Positions 48,798-64,000 of a DNA stretch of 64,000 nt are shown one piece after another. The notes beneath the pieces were generated by a model. That model was not told where the DNA came from. It made no database searches and worked only from the letters and a program-made list of their open reading frames with translations. The DNA is taken from the NCBI RefSeq assembly GCF_009914755.1, contig NC_060942.1. One strand, 5' to 3'. Numbering within the stretch: the first letter of the stretch is position 1; each line of letters begins with the position of its first letter. The DNA is from the human T2T-CHM13v2.0 reference genome, Homo sapiens. The position numbers and the translations under genes are program-made.

Positions 48798-49009
48798 AAA
48801 CATCTCTGGCTCTGGGGTGGCTGTGAGAGTTCAGCCGGTGTCAGGAGGCATCCAGATAGTGTTTCGGTTCCTTGGGCAAGAGGGATGCTGGCCTGGGTGG
48901 CTGTGAAGGGGGCAGAGACTGGAGGTGTCCAGTCTGGGGGTAGAATGTGGAAAGTAAGGGGTAGAAAGAAATCAAGACAGCCTGATTTCTGACTAGAGCC
49001 GCAGGCAGG

Positions 49010-49697
<688 letters not shown>

Positions 49698-50311
49698 CCT
49701 CTCACATTCTTAAGAAGGCACAGTTCCTCCTACTCCTTCAACCCCAAAGAGAAGCCCTCGGGAATATCAGTAATGAAAACAGCACGTTCCCAGGAACTCC
49801 CTGGCCCCGCTCCTCCCAGGAACCGTCTCTGCGGTGCTGCAGGCCATGAGCTCCGCTCTGGGTGGGAAATCCAGCCCCTGCCGCGAGGGACCTGGGCCGC
49901 TAGGCCAGGAGGCCGTGTCATCCCATTCACAACAGCAACAACGCACCCTTTCCACCAAGGCCTGTCCATGTTTGGGGCTGTTCTCTGCCTCATACAGCAA
50001 AGTGTGGGGAGGTGGAGATTGTTTTCTAGGAAGACAAGGTTCTTCCTGGGAGAAAAAAACCTCTTACGCAGTTGGCTTTGGCATTTTCCAGGAAAAGGAG
50101 GGCGGGGCTTGAGTCTGGGTTTTCTGTGAAGGCCGAGAAAGAAGGCAAGGATTATAACCGGAAAGTTCAGAGTGGGATGTAGCTACCCCTAGAACTCGTG
50201 CTAGTAACTCAGTCTGGGCTTCATAATTGTTGTCAAAGTGAATTCCTTCATAATAAAGAATATATAGTTGCCCTCACAAATTAGATAAATAAGCCTTTCC
50301 TCATTTTGTAG

Positions 50312-50679
<368 letters not shown>

Positions 50680-50899
50680 GCAATTCTTGTGATATGAAGT
50701 AACTGCATATGTTTTGGAAATTCCCTCATTTCAGCTGCACTTGCTGTAAAGGGGAGAGTTTGACTAGACCTGGTGGTTTTCAAACTTCAGGTGGAGTCCT
50801 AGGAGCTCCAGGGGCCAGGGATGTGCCAAGAACCTGGGCAGGAGGAGCCTGGACTCATCAACTCTCTCTGCGGAATGGTCAGTTTCACGGAGAGCAGCT

Positions 50900-51700
50900 A
50901 GGAGCCAGCTGGTCTGTAGATTGTTGAGGTTCCTCCAGTCCTGAAGGCCATGATAGATCTTTTCCTAATATTCTTAGGTACAATTACCACGATACTTAAT
51001 ATGAGACACTGAGAAAGAGAGAGATCCAATACAAATCGATGGCGACATGAGAAGCCAGCTATGTCTTCTGATTCAGGCTACAGGATCACAGACCTCTTAT
51101 ATTTGGCTCCATTGTAGAGTCTGTGTACATAGAAAGGCAACAGGCTCTTCAAAATGATAAGAAAAAGGGCAAGAAAGGCTCTTCCTGACGGTGCTCTAGC
51201 CTCCAGACTCAGGTTTACAAGGCAAGAATGACACAGCCTCTCCCACACCATGTGCATGGACGGAACAGTGCCCGAGGTGGCAGAACAAAAGGTGCAGTGG
51301 CACCCATGGCATAGCTGGCGGGGCACCAGCCTTCCCCCACAGTGAGAGGAATGGCCAAGGCTTCGGTACATGCCAAGGATGTGAAGGACGCTGCCGGGGA
51401 AAAGCAGTTTACAGGAGGCACCGCTCCTGTGGGTGTCCAGGTTTGTCTGCCTTACACGCCGCCCTTCACAGTAGAAAGGATGGATGCACTCCCACCAACC
51501 AAAGGAATGCTGGGGACACGTCGCCTGGATTTTTAGGGCAGCACCCCAAAACCAAGCAAAAGTCTTCTCTCATGGAGAAAATACCTCACTTTTGTGTCCC
51601 TGGCACCAGGCTCAAGCCAACTAGACTGAGAACCACAGACCACCCAGGGGTCTGGTGGGTGAGCTAGGTGACTAATTGAGAATGTGTTCAGTTCTGGCCT
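50900..51700 (-). pseudogene. Putative decayed melanocortin-receptor-like (MECA-cluster) GPCR pseudogene
   Basis: Colinear minus-strand blocks resemble MC5R: GIFSMREDFCLVLGCCPKNPGDVSPAFLWL (51585-51496), YAM-CHCTFCSATSG..VW..C..C (from 51313), FLALFLIILKSLLPFYVHRL (51176-51117), F-MS-DLYWI (51053-51023), IMAFRT (50954-50937); frameshifts and stops; by-eye alignment only. Confidence 0.6.
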
Positions 51701-53232
51701 TTAAAAAAAAAAAAAGAACAGCTGGAAGGCACAATTTTAGAAGCAGGTAATTTTTATTTTATTCCTTTTGATTAAAATGGTCTGAACTGAACCTCAAAGG
51801 GGTTCCACTAATATAGTCTAATTAAATTCATTTGACAAAAGCCTCACTTATTCCTCTCTTCACAGAATACTCTGGATGTGGTGAAGCTAAATTTGAGGGC
51901 TCTGGAAGGACCTATGTATTAATTCAGTAACTTAGTGTTTGTATGCATATCGATCTAAGCAAACATACCTAAAAGAAGAATGAGTGTGTAAAAATTGTGG
52001 AATATTCCAGATAAAATGGACCTGTTCAAGCATTGTGTAAAAATACACCCATCTTATCCATTCTAATGAATCCAGCATGTTCAGACACTTGTGCCTTCTT
52101 CATTTATTCCTTCAATACTTTTAATATTTAGTATTAATATAACAGAAATGACACATTACAGATAATATTCAGATACATGTCTCATAAGATTTTGTGGCTA
52201 CTCATCAGCCCCTCTGCGTCAGCATGTTGGTGAGAATCTTGGCCAGGAGGGTCTGGGATTCCATAGCTCTGGTCCCACCTCACCTTCTTCCTGTGCCATG
52301 GTTCTCATCCAGCCAGACTTCTCATCATGGGACCCATCAAATGGGCACTCCTCTGCATCACAGCTGACACATTATGCACAGAGATTGTGTCTTCTTTCTG
52401 TTTGCAACTGTTCAAAGGATAGTCTTTAAAATTCAGAGGCCTCTACCTCAACTGCACAGATTTCTAATTCTACTCCTCATGTTATTTCCTATCTTTTTGC
52501 TAAATAACAATTTTGTCGCTAAGATGCTAATGATACATTCCCTTCTGAAGCAAATAAACTCTGCCCAGTGTTCCTACCAAGCGCCCTCCTTCTTTGAATC
52601 TCTGAAACCTATGACCAAATAGTATTTTGTGGTTTAGTGGTTTCTTACCAAGTACCTCAAAGGGAAAGTATGGTGGCATGGATAATTCGAAAGAGTAAAT
52701 GTCTCTATTTGACTTTGGAATATTGTTTTATTCCAACAATATCCTAGTTGCTGCCTAATTAGTTTTGGGCCATGGTTAATAGTGAACTAGCTTTCATCCC
52801 TTGAGCAAATAAACCATTTCATCTTCTCTCCCCTATGTATTCAGATTCAGTTAGCTTCCCTCTCTGGGTGTGGATAAATTGAAATTCTGCAAATGATATT
52901 TTCTTTAGGCAGAAATGAAAAAAAAAAAAGGTAGAATTGAATCTTTCTGACCATGGAAAGATTTAATTCTACCTTTTTGTGCATTGAGATCAGCCTGGGC
53001 AACATAGCAAAACCCCATTTCTACGAAAAGTACAAAAATTAGCTGGACATGGTGTCGCGTCTGTAGTCCCAGCTACTTGGGAGGCTGAGATGGGACCATC
53101 TCGTGTTGGCTTCTTTTTTAAAAAATCCTTGTATTAATTAAACATTTCAACTCTACACAGTTTGGAGTCAACAAAACTCATATAAATACCACACAGCTTT
53201 ATCAAATTGTAACATTTGTCTATATCTACTTA

Positions 53233-53527
53233 TTTTTTATTTTTTGTTTTTGAGACAGTTTTGCTTTGTCACCCAGGCTGGAGTACAGTGAGGCGATTAT
53301 GGCTCACTGCAACCTCCACCTCCCAGGCTCAAGCAATCTCCCCGCTCAGCCTCTCAAACAGCTGGGACTACAGGCTTGACGCCATGTCTGGCTAATTTTT
53401 GTACTTTTTGTAGAAATGGGTTTTTGCCATGCTGCCCAGGCTGGTCTCAAACTCCTGGGCTCAAGAAATCAGCCTGACTTGGCCTCCCAAAGTGCTGGGA
53501 TTACAGGTGAGAACCACCACGAGTGGC
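53233..53527 (-). mobile_element. AluJ, with an Alu fragment at about 52985-53100 (plus)
   Basis: Diverged Alu dimer. Confidence 0.88.
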
Positions 53528-54435
53528 CTCCTGATGGCATATAAATAAATTATAAATGAATATTAAATTTTATTTAATGCTTTTCCAGCATCTATCAGCT
53601 GATCATTTTTCTCCTTTAATTTGTTAATGTGATATATTACATTAATAGATATTTAAATATTAAGCTGTCTTTGCGAACTACAAATAAAGGTTGATATGTA
53701 TTATTTATGGCCAGAGTTATAAAGCTATGTTTTTTGACCAAATACTTATTCTGAATTATACTTTCATATATTTAAAATTATTAATACTGATATAATCTAA
53801 TATATATTTTATAAATGACCTTTAATGAATTTCAAGAGAAATGGGAACAGCAGCCAAAAAGTTAAAACTTAAGATATATGGTTTCCCTAAATATACCTTT
53901 TGAAATAGAGGAAAAAGAAGTCTTCATGTACTACTTACATGGGTACTGCTTTACCTGTATTTAGTGAGAGGGGTTTCATATACTTTGTGCAGATCCGTAT
54001 TTGCTACACATGCCACAGTTTGCGGCTAGAGCCTCTTATGCTCAAGAGTGCTGATCTCCTTTTGACATTATCATCATTAAAGAAGTAGCAAACAACCACA
54101 GCTGTTATATACTTTGCCAGCATGTGCTGAGTATGTAAGATCTAAATATTATTTATGCAGAATTGCAGAGAGAATGATCTAGTTGTTTCTGTCTGCAAAC
54201 CCATATAGATACTCCTTTACTGATGCATATAGTCTGTAGTATAATTGAAAAATTTGATAGTTTGTTAGCAAGTCTTGAAGAGCCTCTAGGTATGCATATA
54301 CCCTCGTACAATGAAAGTTCATCTTTCTTCACATTCCCTAGTATCTCAACGTCAGACTTTGACCATGTTCCGCAGAATTCTGCCAAGATAGGGAGATCAG
54401 GGAGCAGGAAGATCAACCACAAAAGATTAAGAACT

Positions 54436-54816
<381 letters not shown>

Positions 54817-55223
54817 TCATTAAGAAAGTGTTATATTGGTAGAAATTATACTACACTTTGAGGTAACAAAGTCTAAGAGCTTACAAGCTATTAACATGCT
54901 TCATTTTATGTACCCCTGTCAATTTTCTAGAGGTTTCAGCAGTGTGGGAATTTTTGAACAAGGATGTGATGTTATATAGACTTTAGTGGTGGCCCCTCCC
55001 AGCCCCTGCTGAAGAGTGCTACAACTCTTTGTTTCCTTGTAGCAGTCTACCTCTTTGATGATATTCAATCAGAGAGAGTTGGGACACATGAAAAATTGTC
55101 CTCATACCAATAAATCTAAAATGTTAACCAAATAACTTGATGGAATATGTCTAGGAGGAAGCAAGAACTTCCTTTTAGAGATAGGGACAGAACCCAGAAA
55201 AGTACTGTTATGAGAGGTGATGA

Positions 55224-55649
<426 letters not shown>

Positions 55650-55769
55650 AGGGTTACTTATATTACCTCCCTCATAGTGCTGTTGTGAGAGATAAATGAG
55701 ATAACTCTCAGCACCAAGCTGGGAACATGGAGAATGCTTAATAAATGTCAGTATCAATTATTATTATTA

Positions 55770-56133
55770 TTATTAGTCTTTGTTTGGGTTGCTGTAACAA
55801 AATGCCATTGATTGGGTGGCTTACAAACAACAGAAATTTATTTCTCACAGTTCTGGGGGCGGGGAAGTCCAGGATCAGGTGCTTCCAGGTTTGGTGTCTG
55901 GTGGGGACCGCTTCCTGGTTCATAGACGGTGACTTCTTGCTGTGTCCTCACAGTGTGGAAAGGGAGAGGTGTCCCTCTTGAGCCTCTTTTATTAAGAGCA
56001 CTAATCCCATTCATGAGGGCTCCACCCTCATGACCTAATCAGCTGTCAAAGGCCCCACCTCTTAATACCATCAGCTTAGGACTTATGATTTCAGTATATG
56101 AATCTGGGAGGACCACAGCTTATTCCAGTGGCA
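55770..56133 (-). mobile_element. MLT1A-like LTR
   Basis: GGGTGGCTTACAAACAACAGAAATTTATTTCTCACAGTTCTG and CTAATCCCATTCATGAGGGCTCCACCCTCATGACCTAATCA. Confidence 0.9.
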
Positions 56134-56399
56134 GATGACAAGTGAGCAGAGCCACTGGACCACAGTGGGTTAGTGATTCCACCAATGTACAGGTTAGCTA
56201 TGCCTCAGTAAGTGACATAGTGAGGATTTGATAAGGTAATGCATTTAAAGCACTTGGCATAAAATCCAACACATCTGTTGACTAGTAAATAATCAACAGA
56301 TGACAGGATAGTTACATATTGTTATTATTTATAACATTTCAGACAATTAAACAGGGATCTGAGAGGTTAAGCCAACAATTCCTAATCTCAAGTTGTGAC

Positions 56400-59950
<3,551 letters not shown>

Positions 59951-59983
59951 ATAGGTCATATACTTCCCATCCTGGGAAGATAG

Positions 59984-61250
<1,267 letters not shown>

Positions 61251-61358
61251 AGCTGGTTGCATTTCATTTCCTGAAAGTCAGGTAGGGACTGTGCAGGGCC
61301 GTGAAAGACAGGGGTGATCTGCGGCTTTCCCTTCGGCCCTCTCCATGCCCTCTGTGGC

Positions 61359-61462
61359 TAGGGTCTTTGTCTAGTCTTCCTTGCCATTTCTGTCTTTTCT
61401 AGGGTCTTTCTTGCCATTTCTTTTTTTTCTAGGGTCTTTCTTGCCATTTCTGTCTTTTCTAC
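61359..61462 (+). repeat. 30-bp minisatellite, about 3 copies
   Basis: TCTTTCTTGCCATTTCTGTCTTTTCTAGGG repeated at 30-bp period. Confidence 0.9.
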
Positions 61463-61856
61463 ACTTCCTGCTTGCTGATTACCTTTCCTAAACCATCACT
61501 TTCCCCAAGAAAAAGACTCGCCCCATCTCACAGACTTTCTCAGGGCCTTGCCAGGTGATCTGCCCATGAATTTGTCCATCAAACCCATTCCAAACAATAA
61601 CGGAGGAAGGGCTGAGTGGGTGATTCCTCTTAGGTAATATAGATTACACATTTGTAAAGCAACATGAAATGCCAAAATCCGAAGAAGAACACATAGGGAC
61701 ATTTGCTAGGATACTCAACCAATTTCAGAAGTCTTGGGACTATGCAGTAGTTTCAGTAACTACTCAGACTGAAGGCCAGTCAAGAGCTAATTCTCAAAAA
61801 GTAATCACTGTTAGCCTCTTAATGTGATACACTCATGTCTTCAAAAACCTTCTCCT

Positions 61857-62176
<320 letters not shown>

Positions 62177-62279
62177 CTATTGTATCTTTATTTCCCTGTG
62201 TATTAATTACATCTCCAAATCAGGGTGATTATCAACGGGAAATCATGAAGGAGGTTCATATTCAAGAAGTGCATGAAAA

Positions 62280-62304
62280 GTGTGTGTGTGTGTGTGTGTG
62301 TGTG
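62280..62304 (+). repeat. (TG)n microsatellite
   Basis: About 12 GT units. Confidence 0.95.
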
Positions 62305-62909
62305 CATATATTGGGGGAAGGGTAGATAGGTATCTTCAGATTCTGAAATTTGATCGGTGACTCATAAAAGGCTGAGCAATCCTGCGTTTGCTCCCCTTCC
62401 CTTCTGGGGCACAGCAGGACAAGACTTCTAGGAAGCCCAGTGCTCCTGCTCCCATGCCTGGGCTGGAGCAGCATCCAGTGCTCCTCATTGTGCGGAAGGA
62501 GAAAACGCAACAAAGAAGAGGCTGAAAGCTGTTGGCTTAAGCCTTTATTAAAATACTACAACCTGACAACAGCTGCCAGGACCAAGGAGCCTGAAGATTT
62601 TATGGGCTAGATTGAAGGTAGTCCGAGTTCAGTTTTGTTCTGAGAATTGTTTACTGTTTATGTTCTTATAAAGTTTGGGGAAACTGAGGTTGTTTTAGTC
62701 CAGAGACCATAGGTGGGAACAACAAGACAAGGGCAGTGGATGAGCGGCCATTGGTTGGCCAATTTGGATTTAGCAAGAGGGGCGGGGAAAAGTAGTTAGG
62801 GCGTAGGTCTTGCTCAGGTCAATTGAAAATTTCAGTTCTCAACATCCCTCACACTAGCATGATATAAATGAGTTTAACTTTTTTCTTAAAAGCCTATTTT
62901 GCAAAATAA

Positions 62910-63380
62910 ATTATTCTATCAAAAAGACATATGCGCTCGAATGTTCATTGCATGACCGTTCATAAGAGCAAAGACATGGAATGGACCTAGATGCCCATCA
63001 ATGGTAGACTGGACAAAGGAGACATGGTAATATACACCGTGGAATACCATGCAGCCATGAAAAGAACAAAATCATGTCGTTTGCGGTAACATGGATGCAG
63101 CTGGAGGCCATTATCCTAAGTGAAACACAGGAACAGAAAACCAAATACTTCATGTTCTTACTGAGAAGTGGGAGCTAAACAAAGATGGTAACAATAAACA
63201 CTGGGGTTACTAGAGGTGGGAGGAGAGAGAGAGAGTGTGGGCTGAAAAACTAACCAGTGGGTACAAGGCTCAGGTGATGGGATTATTCATACTCCAAACC
63301 TCAGCATCACACAATTTACCTGTGCAACAAACCTGTGCATGTATCCTCTAAATCTAAAGATTGAAATTATTTTAAAAATA
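62910..63380 (+). mobile_element. L1PB/older L1PA 3' end
   Basis: AAAAAGACATATGCGCTCGAATGTTCATTGCA..ACATGGATGCAGCTGGAGGCCATTATCCTAAGTGAA..CCAAACCTCAGCATCACACAAT. Confidence 0.88.
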
Positions 63381-63686
63381 CCTACAAACCAAAAATAAAA
63401 AGACAAATAATCCAATTAAAAACTGAAGAGCTCAGTTTTAACTTTAGATATAGAAAACCAAAAGAGAATATCACTCTAATATCAAGAGAAAAAAAAGATA
63501 ACATAGACAATTATACATTTTGTTTGAGTCTATCAGAAAACCGAAGTCACAAGTCAAACAAGTGAACTGACTCACACAGAATGGTAAGAAGTCTCTTTCT
63601 TTTGGCAGAGCACAGGAAAGGAAGAGGTGGCTTCCATATGAGTGGTAAGAAGCAAACACATTAAACAAACAACAACAAAAATCACA

Positions 63687-63966
63687 GGCCCAGTGCGATG
63701 GCTCACGCCTGTAATCCCAGCATTTTGGGAGGCTGAGATGGGCAGATCCCTTGAGCCCATTAGCGACCAGCCTGAGAAACATGGTGAAACCCTGTCTGTG
63801 CAAAAGAATACAAAAATTAGCCAGGCATGGTGGGGTGTGTTTGTGGTCCCAACTACTAGGGAGGCTCAGGTGGGAGGTCGAGGCTACAGTGAACCGAGAT
63901 TGTGCCACTGCACTCCAGCTTGGGTGACACAGTGAGACCTGGTCTCAACAACAACAACAACAACAA
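63687..63966 (+). mobile_element. AluJ with (CAA)n tail
   Basis: Diverged dimer. Confidence 0.9.
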
Positions 63967-64000
63967 ACCCCACAAAGGGGCACAAAGAAACACTTGGAGG

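Noticed and set aside
51215-51421. Resemblance of VGEGWCPASYAM to the SLC17/MFS motif GEGxxxPA
   Set aside because: A single short match; the flanking blocks fit a melanocortin-type GPCR colinearly instead

Overview
Human genomic DNA: the MC5R locus, which by established knowledge lies on chr18p11.2 between RNMT and MC2R. The only intact protein-coding region is the single-exon MC5R CDS (38144-39121, +, 325 aa). It is preceded by a CpG-island promoter with a probable non-coding first exon (about 36380-36760) and a 1.2-kb strand-asymmetric (CCAA/CCCA)n repeat. Most of the rest is transposon-derived: L1s from old L1M to a pre-Ta L1HS, about 30 Alus, four MER4-group LTRs, MLT1 LTRs, and MER1A/MER2/MER3/Charlie DNA transposons. 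Almost all other ORFs in the track are repeat artefacts. The main find is a heavily decayed melanocortin-receptor-like GPCR remnant on the minus strand at about 50900-51700, facing MC5R, with colinear TM1/ICL1, ICL2/TM4, TM5 and TM7/helix-8 matches across frameshifts. Other observations: a near-identical inverted local copy of an Alu with hairpins at both junctions, two more local duplications, a 5'-inverted Alu, and a splice-dependent uORF overlapping the MC5R start codon. All alignments and repeat subfamily calls were made by eye, so repeat boundaries are approximate.
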